Assembly (NCBI GenBank): GCA_003171255.1
Contig: PMYK01000054.1
Location: 53,910 to 117,909, forward strand
Direction: 5' to 3'
Source of the DNA: Chloroflexota bacterium
GTDB lineage: Bacteria; Chloroflexota; Limnocylindria; Limnocylindrales; CSP1-4
Length of the DNA: 64,000 nucleotides
In this document: positions 27,249 to 36,634 of the stretch, piece after piece
How positions within the stretch are numbered: position 1 is the stretch's first letter
Layout: the number at the start of each line of letters is the position of its first letter
The notes under the pieces: generated by a model
Told to the model about the DNA's origin: nothing
Database searches by the model: none
What the model saw: the letters and a program-made list of their open reading frames with translations, nothing else
Made by a program: the position numbers and the translations under genes

Positions 27249-28810
27249 ACGTCAGCCTCTCGCCGAAGCGGGCGCGTTCTCAGGATGGCTCGTCGCCGCA
27301 AATCCCGCCGAAGGAGCTGGATCAGGTCGGCGGCATGGCCGTCCTGCAGAACAGGCCGTTTCTGCTGCTCTGGCTGGCCCAGCTCTCGACCCAGGTCGGC
27401 GGCAACATGGTCATTTACGGCCTGACCATCATCATCAACGCCTCGTACCACTCCAACAGCGCGGTTGGGGCGCTGTTCCTGAGCTTCCTTGTCCCGGCGA
27501 TCGTGTTCTCGGCTCTCGCCGGTGTCTTCGTCGACCGCGTCGACAAGCGCTACATGCTCGTGGTGACGAACATCTTCAGGGGGTTCCTGTATCTCGCGAT
27601 CATCTTCGTGGGCGACAACCTGCTGATGCTGTACACGCTCATGATCCTCGTCTCGACGGTGACCACCTTCTTCGGTCCGGCCGAGGCGTCGATGATCCCG
27701 TTCCTGGTGCCGAAGAAGCAGTTGCTCGCCGCCAACGGGCTGTTCACGCTGACAATGAACGTGGCTTTCGCCCTTGGTTTTGCGCTTCTGGGGCCGTTCC
27801 TCATCGCGCTGGCCAGCGCGCAGCTCCTTATCGTCATTGTCGCTGCGCTCTACTTCGTGGCCGCCGTCTTCTGCTGGACGCTGCCGCCGTCGCCCCAGGC
27901 CGGCGCCAATGCCATAGCCGCAGGCCAGACCGTGGCCGACGCCGAGCGAGCGGTCGAGACTATGCTCCGCCAGTTCGTCGAGGGCATCACCTACATTCGC
28001 GAGCACCGCAGCGTCGGCTGGTCGCTGTCGTATCTGGGGATCACCGGTGCCCTGATCGGCATTCTGGGCACCCTCGGGCCCGGCTTCGCGACCAAGACGA
28101 TGGGGCTCGGCGAGAAGGACTTCGCCCTGATCGTCCTGCCGCTTGGGCTGGGCATCGTGATGGGCATCCTCTTCCTGAACTCGTACGGACGCTACCTGCC
28201 CCGCCGGCGCACCATCGAAGCGGGCATGATCGGGATCGGCGTTCTCCTGGCTCTGCTTGCCTGCGCAAGCCCAATCTCCCATTTCCTGGAGGCTCGGGCC
28301 GCCGACTCGGGTGTCGCCGAAGCCAGCCGCGTCGTGTCGCTGCTGTCGCTGGTTATGGGCATCGCCTTCCTGGTCGGGGCCGCCTATGTCGTGGTGGCGA
28401 TATCGGCCCAGACGCAGCTCCAGGAGGAGCTCCCCGAGGACGTCCGAGGCCGCGTCTTCGGCGTGCTCGGCATGCTCGTCTCGATCGCCAGCCTGGCGCC
28501 GATCATCATCGTCGCGCCGGTCGCGGACCTGGTCGGACGCGAGCCGGTAATCCTGGTTGCGGGCTGTATCGTCTTCCTGTCGGGGATCGCGAGCGTCCTC
28601 AGCTCTCGATCACTTTCGATCGGTGACGCCCCCAGAGCGCCGTCCACACCGAGCGGCGCACCCGTGGATCCGATGACCGCGGCGACGTCGCCGAGCGACC
28701 TCACGACGTCGGCCGTAACGGCCTCGCCGCCGACCGTTGCCGGTCCAAAAGGCCCGAGAGCGGCTCGGCGTGGGCGAGACCGAGGGCTCGAGAATAGCGA
28801 GACACCCTGA
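27245..28810 (+). CDS. MFS transporter (MFS_3/EntS-like)
   Basis: About 12 TM segments, with a Pro/Ser/Thr-rich cytoplasmic tail. Confidence 0.8.
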   Translation: MNVSLSPKRARSQDGSSPQIPPKELDQVGGMAVLQNRPFLLLWLAQLSTQVGGNMVIYGLTIIINASYHSNSAVGALFLSFLVPAIVFSALAGVFVDRVDKRYMLVVTNIFRGFLYLAIIFVGDNLLMLYTLMILVSTVTTFFGPAEASMIPFLVPKKQLLAANGLFTLTMNVAFALGFALLGPFLIALASAQLLIVIVAALYFVAAVFCWTLPPSPQAGANAIAAGQTVADAERAVETMLRQFVEGITYIREHRSVGWSLSYLGITGALIGILGTLGPGFATKTMGLGEKDFALIVLPLGLGIVMGILFLNSYGRYLPRRRTIEAGMIGIGVLLALLACASPISHFLEARAADSGVAEASRVVSLLSLVMGIAFLVGAAYVVVAISAQTQLQEELPEDVRGRVFGVLGMLVSIASLAPIIIVAPVADLVGREPVILVAGCIVFLSGIASVLSSRSLSIGDAPRAPSTPSGAPVDPMTAATSPSDLTTSAVTASPPTVAGPKGPRAARRGRDRGLENSETP

Positions 28811-30228
28811 TGGCGGCTGCCGACTCGGATGCTTCCGACCCTTCGGCTCAGCCGTCGATCACGCCCGACGCATGGCGCGCCGCGGCCCTCGCGCTACTCG
28901 GTGGCGGCTTTGCGGTCGGCCTGGTGTCCGCCCACAAACGTCTGGGAGTAGCCGTTCCACTCATCACGGCCGGGGCAGCTCTCGGTTGCACGATTCCAGT
29001 CGCGCTGGCTTCGCGGTGGCCGCCGATCTCACCGTCGCGGGCCGCCAGAGCGCTGGCTGGAACCGCGAGGAAGCCCACCTTCAGCATCGTCGTGGCAGCG
29101 CGCGACGAGGCCGTAGTGGTCCGCCAGCTGGTGGCGGACGTCAGCCGCCAGGACTATCGCCGCGCCGATGGCTCGCCTCTATTCGAGTTGATCGTCGTCG
29201 ACGATCGTTCGACCGACGACACTGCCGGGGCGGTGGCGGAGGCCGCGGCCGAGCACCAGATAGCGGTGGTCACGCGCCTGGTCCTGCGCCGCGGCGACGG
29301 TCTTCCTGACGGCAAGGGCGCTGCGCTGACCGCGGCCCAGCCGGAGATGTGCAACGGCGATGTTGTGCTCGTCCTGGACGCCGACGCCCGGCTCGAGCCG
29401 TGGTTCCTGCGTCGGGCGGCCGGATACTTCGCGGCCGGAGCGCTCGCCGTGACCGCGCGACGTCGCATCCTCGACGCCGAGAGCAGCTGGCTGGCAGGCG
29501 CCCAGGCAGACGAGCAGACGCTAGATGGCGAGCTGAACCGCGGGCGGTGGGCTCTGGGCGGCTGCTCGGAGTTCCGCGGCAACGGGATCATGGTCCGGCG
29601 CGAGCTGCTCGCCGCGGCCGGTGGTTGGCGGGCGAACGCCCTGACCGAGGACATCGATCTGTCGAGCCGGATAGCGGCGCTCGCCGGGGAGCGGGTCGCC
29701 TGGGCGCTCGACGCGCAGGTCTGGGAAGAGCCCGTCCGGACAACCGAGCGCCTGTGGCGGCAGCGTTTGCGCTGGGCCGAGGGTGCACTCCGCCGCGCCT
29801 TCGAACACGGGCCGGCGGTAGTCACGAGCTCCAAACTGCCCATTGGCGCGCGTCTCGACTTCCTTGCCTATGTCGCCCAGCTTGGCGTGCCGCCGGTGGT
29901 GCTCGGTGCCGCCGCTGGATCGCTCGTCACGGGCCGGCGACGCAGCTTTCTGGCGATCGTGGCCGGGTACCTGGGGATCAGCGCGCTACTCGGCTGGGAT
30001 GCGCTGCGATGGGAGAGGCGGCCAGACGGGCGGCCCCTCGTGCCCGCGGAGAGGCTCGTTAGGACGCTTCGCGTCTCAGCCTTCAACTGCTTGTGGCTGT
30101 TGGTCGTGCCGCGGGCGCTTGCGGATCTTGCGTTTCGGCGGGGCTCCATGCGCTACGTGAAGATGGAGCACTCGGGGCCAGCCGGTCCATCGACCGGCCG
30201 GACGCGGGATTCCAAGCAGGGCTCGTAA
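28810..30228 (+). CDS. Membrane-embedded processive family-2 glycosyltransferase
   Basis: The ATG shares one nt with the MFS TGA. Motifs VVDDRSTDDT, LDADA, TEDIDLS and QRLRWAEG (D,D,D,QxxRW), flanked by N- and C-terminal TMs. Confidence 0.8.
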   Translation: MAAADSDASDPSAQPSITPDAWRAAALALLGGGFAVGLVSAHKRLGVAVPLITAGAALGCTIPVALASRWPPISPSRAARALAGTARKPTFSIVVAARDEAVVVRQLVADVSRQDYRRADGSPLFELIVVDDRSTDDTAGAVAEAAAEHQIAVVTRLVLRRGDGLPDGKGAALTAAQPEMCNGDVVLVLDADARLEPWFLRRAAGYFAAGALAVTARRRILDAESSWLAGAQADEQTLDGELNRGRWALGGCSEFRGNGIMVRRELLAAAGGWRANALTEDIDLSSRIAALAGERVAWALDAQVWEEPVRTTERLWRQRLRWAEGALRRAFEHGPAVVTSSKLPIGARLDFLAYVAQLGVPPVVLGAAAGSLVTGRRRSFLAIVAGYLGISALLGWDALRWERRPDGRPLVPAERLVRTLRVSAFNCLWLLVVPRALADLAFRRGSMRYVKMEHSGPAGPSTGRTRDSKQGS

Positions 30229-30277
30229 AGCTCCGCCCGGGGCTGCGACCTGCCTCCGGGGACGCAACGGCCTTCTG

Positions 30278-30299
30278 GATAAGCGGCAGATAAGCGGCG
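30278..30299. repeat. Tandem 11-mer GATAAGCGGCA/GATAAGCGGCG
   Basis: Read directly. Flanked by imperfect inverted arms CGCAACGGCC ... GGCCGTAACCGTTGCG. About 200 nt upstream of the peptidase gene. Confidence 0.5.
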
Positions 30300-30495
30300 G
30301 CATGTAGGGTCTGGCCGTAACCGTTGCGGACGCCCCGAGGTGGACGAGGGGGCGGCCGGAACCTCGCACGCAGCGCCGCCGCATTCTCGGCGGCACAGGA
30401 AGGAGTCTGCTCGCCCGGCACCGTCACAGAGTGGTCATGCCCGCCGAAAGCCAATTCCCGCCCGCCTCGAAGCAAGTTCAAGGAGGAGGATCTCC

Positions 30496-31413
30496 ATGTT
30501 TCAACTCGTTCGGCGTGGCGTTGTCGTGCTCGCGTTCGGTGCCGCGCTCGTAGGTATCACGGCAACCCCAGTCGCGGCCGCACAGCCACTCGCCACTCCA
30601 GAGCCCAGCGTCACCGATGTTTCGCTGACACCCGCCCAGCAGCAGGCGATCACCGCGAAGCTCGCGATCGCTCAGCAGATACAGCAGAGCCCCACGCTGG
30701 CTTCGGGCAAGCTGAATCCGCTCACCCTCTGCCCATTTTCGACGTCGCCCGTGTCTGCCTCGACCCTGTCGGGCTCGACCGTGGCGGGTCTGTCCGTGAG
30801 CCCGGCGACCAGCTGCAACGGCCAGTGGGGATACGTACCCACGTATCCGAAAGTGCAAGAGACCAGCTACTGGTGCGGTCCGGCGTCGATCCAGGTCGCA
30901 TCCAACTACGTCTGGCGGATGCCTCAGGGCACGGATAGGTGGCCGCAGTCGCAGATTGCCGCGTGGGCCAACACCACCTCGGGTGGTACCAACGGCTCGA
31001 ACGAGACCGCGGCCCTAAACAGGGCCACCGCGGGGAGCCCCTATCTGCCGGCAAACTGGATCTATCTCTCGGCGACGTCATCTCAGGTCTCCACCGGCGC
31101 GCGCTGGCACTCGCTCTTGCGGACTGACATCGCTTCCTACAGCATGCCCCAGATCGTCAGCGTGGCACCCAAGGACCCAGACTCCAACGTCTACCTGACA
31201 TCCTGGAAGAACGCTCCGTCACAGTACGCCGGCCACTACATCGTCCTGAACGGCTTCCAGGGCGCATGGGATGGCACTAGAGTGCCGATCGTGACGTATG
31301 ACGACAGCGCCATTCCTCCGGCTGGCGTCTCCGCCTACGACCCGGCGGCGGACATCTACACCATCATCATGAAGACGAACATCAACAAGCGAGGAGTGCT
31401 GGTCGCCTGGTGA
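30496..31413 (+). CDS. Secreted papain-fold cysteine peptidase, C39-like
   Basis: Trimmed to ATG 30496 behind RBS AGGAGGAGGA. Signal peptide VVVLAFGAALVGITATPVAAA, putative nucleophile context QETSYWCGPAS and His context YAGHYIVLNG. Confidence 0.55.
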   Translation: MFQLVRRGVVVLAFGAALVGITATPVAAAQPLATPEPSVTDVSLTPAQQQAITAKLAIAQQIQQSPTLASGKLNPLTLCPFSTSPVSASTLSGSTVAGLSVSPATSCNGQWGYVPTYPKVQETSYWCGPASIQVASNYVWRMPQGTDRWPQSQIAAWANTTSGGTNGSNETAALNRATAGSPYLPANWIYLSATSSQVSTGARWHSLLRTDIASYSMPQIVSVAPKDPDSNVYLTSWKNAPSQYAGHYIVLNGFQGAWDGTRVPIVTYDDSAIPPAGVSAYDPAADIYTIIMKTNINKRGVLVAW

Positions 31414-32615
31414 GAACGGTGAGGGCGGGACTGGCCGCCTTGGTCGCGGTCCTGATTGTCGGGGCCTGTGGTTCGACCGCCAGTCCTGCCTCCACCTCCG
31501 GTGTTGCGAGGTCCAACGTAACGGCCTCGCAGCCCGGAACTCCTTCAGCCAGCGCATCCGGTAGTGGGCCGATCGCGCCGCTCGACATCCACCTCGTGCC
31601 GCAGGATTGGACCACGCCACTCCTCGACACGGCCACCGACGGCACTGAGATCATCTGGTCCAAGGGCGGCGACACGCAGCACGGGGCCCCCGACATCTAC
31701 GCCTGGACTCCGGGCGATCCCAGCCCGAAGCTCCTTCTTCGCGGCTCCGATCGAGAAGCACAGGCGGGGCCAATCGCCGTCCACCACGGTCGCTACGCGT
31801 TCGAGGAGGCAATCGATCACGGCCCGGGCTATCGTGGATGGCGGGTCTGGTACATCGCCGCGGCGGGCCAGAAGCCGTTCCTGGTCGACACTAGCGCCAC
31901 CGATCCGCAGAGCGTGGCCGAGGTTGCGCCGGCGACCTGGCTGGCCTTGACTGACGATCGGCTGATCTGGAACGCCTACCACCAGAGCCCGTCGGGTCCG
32001 CGCTTCTACCTGCGCAGTTTCGAGTTCAAGACCGGCACGATCCGCAACCTGCTCGAGGCCGATGCCGCTCAGACTCAATACTGGTTCCCCAACGCAGACG
32101 ACGAAGGCAGGCTCGTCTATTCCACCATCGAGCGCTCCGGTACCGATCCGGCAGCGTACACATACGCGGACCACGTCTTTCTGGCGCAAGTGACCGCCGG
32201 GCCGCTGCAGCCGAGACAGCTCGACAATGATGGCCGGGCAACCGAACCGATCCTCCGCGGGGACGATGTCTTCTGGAAGCATACCGACGGGAACGTATCC
32301 AACCCGGGCAATCTGGAGCGGCTCTCCTTGACCACGGGAGCTCTCGACGACCTCTACTTCGATCACCAGACCGGCGTCGACGACTTCACCGTCGGAAACA
32401 GGTTCATCGCGGCCTGGCTGCCCGACGACACCATCTTCGAGATCTATGACCTGCAGGCGAACAGCAATCTCCTGATTGATCAGTACGCGCCCACGTCACC
32501 GAAGGGCGTCGTTCGGCCCGTGGTCGGCGGCGACTTGCTGACGTTCATCAGGCACGACACCAACACGCACCTGCAGCTCTGCTGGACGCGTCTGCCGCCG
32601 CTTTCGCAGAACTGA
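31410..32615 (+). CDS. Lipoprotein, possible beta-propeller fold, function unknown
   Basis: GTG overlaps the upstream TGA. Lipobox LIVGAC. No recognised catalytic motif. Confidence 0.55.
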   Translation: MRTVRAGLAALVAVLIVGACGSTASPASTSGVARSNVTASQPGTPSASASGSGPIAPLDIHLVPQDWTTPLLDTATDGTEIIWSKGGDTQHGAPDIYAWTPGDPSPKLLLRGSDREAQAGPIAVHHGRYAFEEAIDHGPGYRGWRVWYIAAAGQKPFLVDTSATDPQSVAEVAPATWLALTDDRLIWNAYHQSPSGPRFYLRSFEFKTGTIRNLLEADAAQTQYWFPNADDEGRLVYSTIERSGTDPAAYTYADHVFLAQVTAGPLQPRQLDNDGRATEPILRGDDVFWKHTDGNVSNPGNLERLSLTTGALDDLYFDHQTGVDDFTVGNRFIAAWLPDDTIFEIYDLQANSNLLIDQYAPTSPKGVVRPVVGGDLLTFIRHDTNTHLQLCWTRLPPLSQN

Positions 32616-32694
32616 GGCCAGCGCACGTCCAGCTTCTAACCGTCGCGACAAGGAGCGTGCCGTCCACCGCATGGTCCCGAGTGGCGCCGCGAAA

Positions 32695-34002
32695 CTACTT
32701 CGGATTTGGGCCGATCCGCTCAGGGACCCAGGCCCGCAGGACATGCGGAACGACCACGGATCCGTCGGCCTGCTGGTTCTGCTCGATGATGGCCGGCAGG
32801 AGGCGACTGGTGGCCAGCCCGGAGGCGTTCAGGGTGTGGGCGAAGCTGAGCGTCCCGTCGGCTCGCCGATAGCGAATCTTCGCCCGCCTCGCCTGATAGG
32901 CCCGAGAATTGGAAACGGAGCTGACTTCCAGGTACTGGCCGATACTGGGAATCCAGGCCTCCACGTCGTACGTCTTCGTCATCGACGCGCTTGTGTCCCC
33001 GGCAGCCAACAGCGAGATCCGGTAGTGCAGGCCAAGGCCCTGCACGAGCGCCTCGGCCTTGCCCAGCAGCTCCTCCAACGCGGCATCGGATTGTTCTGCC
33101 GTGGTGACCTGGAACATCTCGACCTTGTCGAACTGATGACCGCGCAGCGTGCCCCGCTCGTGCGTACGGTACCCGCCGATCTCCTTGCGGTAGCAGGGTG
33201 AGTACGCGAAGTATCTCAACGGCAAGTCATCCACGCGCAGGATCTCATCCCGATGGATGCTCACCAATGCGGTCTCGGAGGTGGGCAGGAGGAACTTGGA
33301 CGGCGCTCCCTGTTCGTCCCTCTCCACGACGTAGACGTCTTCGACGAACTTCGGGAACTGCCCGGCCGCATAGCCTGCCTCTCCGGTCAGCAGATGCGGT
33401 GGCAGGATGAACGTGTAGCCGTCATGGATGTGAGTCTGCACAAAGTAGTTCAGGAGCGCCCACTCCAACTGGGCGCCGACTCCGGTGTAGATCCAGGAGC
33501 CGTTGCCGCCAAGCTTGACGCCGCGCTTGTAGTCGACAAGCCCGAGGTTCTCCGCCAACGTCACGTGGTCGAGCGCAACGAAACCAGGCTGCGGCGGCTC
33601 GCCACTGCCACGGACGACCTTGTTGGCCTCCTTGCCGCCGGCTGGAACATCGTCGTCGGGAATGTTGGGCAGCCCGTCGAGCATCTCCTGACGGGACGCG
33701 CTCAGCGCCTCCGCTCGCTTCTCCAGCTCGGCAATCTGCTCGCCCAGCGTCTGGGACTGCCCTCGCAGCTGATCGACAAGGATTTCGTCCGGCTGAGCGG
33801 ATCTGCGCAGTTCGGAGACACGCCCAGAGACCTTCTTGCGTTCCGCCCTCGCCTGCTCCAACCGCATCTGAGAACGTCGATATTCCTCGTCGACGGCCAG
33901 CAGCTCCCCAAAGTCGACGTCGAGTCCTCGCTTGGCCAGCGCCGACTTGATCCGGTTGGGATCGCGGCGGATTTCGTTGAGGTCAAGCATTGCCGGCTGC
34001 AC
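32695..34002 (-). CDS. serS: Seryl-tRNA synthetase
   Basis: N-terminal coiled-coil MLDLNEIRRDP... and class II core (FLLPTSE, GYRTHERGTLRGHQFDKVE, TLNASGLATSR). Confidence 0.95.
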   Translation of the reverse strand: MQPAMLDLNEIRRDPNRIKSALAKRGLDVDFGELLAVDEEYRRSQMRLEQARAERKKVSGRVSELRRSAQPDEILVDQLRGQSQTLGEQIAELEKRAEALSASRQEMLDGLPNIPDDDVPAGGKEANKVVRGSGEPPQPGFVALDHVTLAENLGLVDYKRGVKLGGNGSWIYTGVGAQLEWALLNYFVQTHIHDGYTFILPPHLLTGEAGYAAGQFPKFVEDVYVVERDEQGAPSKFLLPTSETALVSIHRDEILRVDDLPLRYFAYSPCYRKEIGGYRTHERGTLRGHQFDKVEMFQVTTAEQSDAALEELLGKAEALVQGLGLHYRISLLAAGDTSASMTKTYDVEAWIPSIGQYLEVSSVSNSRAYQARRAKIRYRRADGTLSFAHTLNASGLATSRLLPAIIEQNQQADGSVVVPHVLRAWVPERIGPNPK

Positions 34003-34243
34003 CTTTCTCCTGGTCGCAGTACCTCAGGGATGTCCGCGGCGAACTACCCATCCCACCCAGCCAACTCCGAGGGCGACGCCAGCGGGCGGCAAGTGCCCGC
34101 AGTCTAGCAGCGCCCTACCAGCCGGACTTGGGTGCTGGCTGCGCTTGGGTGCTCCGTGCTGTCGTTCCCGCGGCCCGCAAGGACGGCTCCAGTGGCGTAG
34201 CGCAGCCGGGCTGGCCGATGCGATATGATGCGGCGCGCACATC

Positions 34244-34320
34244 GGGCGGTTAGCTCAGTTGGTTAGAGCGCATGCTTGACATGCATGAGGCCAGAGGTTC
34301 AAGTCCTCTACCGCCCACCA
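34244..34320 (+). tRNA. tRNA-Val (anticodon GAC), CCA encoded
   Basis: Acceptor GGGCGGT/ACCGCCC, anticodon arm CATGC-TTGACAT-GCATG, T-arm AGAGG-TTCAAGT-CCTCT, then ACCA. Confidence 0.9.
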
Positions 34321-34349
34321 TCAGGTCACATCGCCGCGAGGCGGCAGCC

Positions 34350-34615
34350 ACAACCGAACATCGAAAGCTACGAGCGGGACAAGCCCGTCGAGAGCATCCA
34401 AGAGAGCCATCGCCACGAGAGTCGTGGCTGAAAGCGATGGCGACGCCCTCCGACCAAGGCACCACCCGCGAGCGACCGGTCAACCGGTCCGGGATCCGCC
34501 CGTTAGAGCGGCCTAGAGCGCGCGATCTCGCCGGGCAATGCCAGGCGCCGTCGCGAAGGCGGGTGGAACCGCGAGAGATGCCTCTCGTCCTGTCGGACGG
34601 GAGGCTTTGTGTTTG
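34350..34615 (+). promoter_or_regulatory. T-box leader (Thr specifier ACC) with intrinsic terminator, upstream of thrS
   Basis: AGAGAG stem-I elements. Candidate specifier GGC-ACC-A at 34461-34464. T-box sequence GGGTGGAACCGCGAGAG at 34561-34577. Terminator CCTCTCGTCC-TGTC-GGACGGGAGG (34581-34604) plus CTTTGTGTTTG. CGAGAG can alternatively pair with CTCTCG. Confidence 0.7.
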
Positions 34616-34694
34616 ATCCAGAGTCCGCGGCGAGCGGTCAGCGACAGTCGGCGGCAAGCGGCAATCCGGCAGCAGGCGACACGGGAGAAGGCAC

Positions 34695-36566
34695 ATGGGC
34701 GAGGACAAAGAGGCCAAGGTTCCGGCACCCGGCGAGACTGCCGGCCAGGCCGGCGAAATCGATGAGTACTTCGAGGCCGTGGTGCGTGGCTCGGCCGAGG
34801 AACTGCTCGATGCCGGGGCGCACAGTGAGATCGATGCCATGCGCCACTCCGCGGCACATGTGATGGCCGAGGCGGTCGTGGGCCTATTCCCCGACGCCCA
34901 GCTCGGCATCGGACCTTCGATCGACGACGGCTTCTACTACGACTTCCTGCTGCCTCGTCCGCTGACTCCCGACGATCTCGCCTCCATCGAGGCCGGCATG
35001 AGCGCCTCGGTCGCCGCCGACCATGCCTTCGTGAAGGAGGAATTGCCGTTCGAGAAAGGTCGGGCCTACTTCGAGGCCCACGGTCAGCCGTTCAAGGTCG
35101 AGATCCTCGACGACCTAGCTGCTCGGTCGAGGGAAGCCGGCACGCCTCTGCCGCCCATTTCGACCTACACCCACGGCACATTCGTCGACCTGTGCAAGGG
35201 CCCCCACGTCGCGAGCACCGGCAAGATCGGCCCGTTCAAGCTGATGACTGTGGCGGGCGCCTACTGGCGCGGTTCCGAGAAACGGCCGATGCTGCAGCGC
35301 ATCTATGGCACCGTCTGGTCCAGCCAAGAGGAGCTCGACGCCTACCTGCAGCGGCGCGAAGAGGCCAAGAAGCGCGACCATCGGCGCCTGGGAGTCCAGC
35401 TCGATCTCTACAGCTTCCACGACGTCAGCCCGGGCTCTGCCTTCTGGCACCCCAAGGGCCAGCGCCTGTGGAGGATCCTCGAGACAGCCATTCGCGAAGT
35501 TCAGGATCGCCGTGGCTACCAGGAAGTCAGCACCCCGATGCTCGTCCACAAGAAGCTGTGGGAGCAGTCGGGGCACTGGGCCAACTACCAGGACGGCATG
35601 TTCGTGCTGGAATCAGAGGGTCAGACGTTCAGCCTCAAGCCGATGAACTGCCCCGAGAGCACGTTCATCTACAAGAGCAGGCTGCGTTCGTACCGTGACC
35701 TGCCTCTGCGATTCTCCGAGTTCGGCAGGCTGCATCGAAACGAACGCTCCGGCACGCTCTCCGGCCTGACGCGGGTGCGGCATTTCGTCCAGGACGACGC
35801 CCACATCTACCTCCGACCCGACCAGCTCCAGGATGAGATAGGGGCCCTGCTGGGCGAGGTCTACGAGGTCTACGGCTGGTTCGGTCTCGAGCCGCGCTTC
35901 ACCTTCGGCACGAAGCCGGAGAAGGCTCTCGGCGATCCGGCTCTCTGGGAGAAGGCCGAGACGCAGATCAAGGCGGCGCTCGACGCGCTCGGCAAGCCGT
36001 ATCGCGTCAAGCCGGGCGACGGCGCCTTCTACGCGCCCAAGATCGACATCCAGATCGAGGACGCTCTGGGGCGCGAATGGCAGACGGCGACCATCCAGGT
36101 CGATCTGGTGATGCTGCCGGAGCGCTTCGACTGCACCTACATCGACGAGAACGGCCAGGCCGTCCGCCCGATGACCATCCACCGAGCCATCTACGGGTCC
36201 CTGGAGCGGTTCATCGGCGTCCTGGTCGAGCACTTCGCCGGCGCCTTCCCGGTCTGGTGCGCCCCCGTCCAGGCCGTCGTCATTCCCATCGCCGACCGAC
36301 ACATCGAGGCCGCCGACGAACTGGCAGGGTTGCTGGCTGCCCGTAAGGTCCGAGTCGAGGTCGACCGTTCGGACAACCGGATGCAGAACAAGATCAGGCT
36401 GGCTCAGGAACAGAAGGTGCCATACATGCTCGTCCTGGGCGACCGTGAGGTCGAGGCCCGGACCGTCGCGATCCGCAACCGCGCCGGAGAGCAGGAGAAC
36501 GGCGTGGCCTGGGACGCCTTCGTCGAGCGGGTGGTCGAGGAGACCGCGGCTCGGCGACCGTCCTAG
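34695..36566 (+). CDS. thrS: Threonyl-tRNA synthetase (no TGS domain)
   Basis: Editing-domain motifs RHSAAHVMA and DLCKGPH. Class II core and anticodon-binding domain. RBS GGGAGAAGG. Confidence 0.95.
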   Translation: MGEDKEAKVPAPGETAGQAGEIDEYFEAVVRGSAEELLDAGAHSEIDAMRHSAAHVMAEAVVGLFPDAQLGIGPSIDDGFYYDFLLPRPLTPDDLASIEAGMSASVAADHAFVKEELPFEKGRAYFEAHGQPFKVEILDDLAARSREAGTPLPPISTYTHGTFVDLCKGPHVASTGKIGPFKLMTVAGAYWRGSEKRPMLQRIYGTVWSSQEELDAYLQRREEAKKRDHRRLGVQLDLYSFHDVSPGSAFWHPKGQRLWRILETAIREVQDRRGYQEVSTPMLVHKKLWEQSGHWANYQDGMFVLESEGQTFSLKPMNCPESTFIYKSRLRSYRDLPLRFSEFGRLHRNERSGTLSGLTRVRHFVQDDAHIYLRPDQLQDEIGALLGEVYEVYGWFGLEPRFTFGTKPEKALGDPALWEKAETQIKAALDALGKPYRVKPGDGAFYAPKIDIQIEDALGREWQTATIQVDLVMLPERFDCTYIDENGQAVRPMTIHRAIYGSLERFIGVLVEHFAGAFPVWCAPVQAVVIPIADRHIEAADELAGLLAARKVRVEVDRSDNRMQNKIRLAQEQKVPYMLVLGDREVEARTVAIRNRAGEQENGVAWDAFVERVVEETAARRPS

Positions 36567-36634
36567 CGACCGTCCCGGCGATCCAAGTCAGCGAACCTCA
36601 TACATCTCCCAACCACCCCCGGGGATGGCGTTCA

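Noticed and set aside
27035-28282. 415-aa minus-strand ORF
   Set aside because: It lies antisense to the 12-TM MFS gene. It is a hydrophilic, charged, low-complexity shadow ORF.
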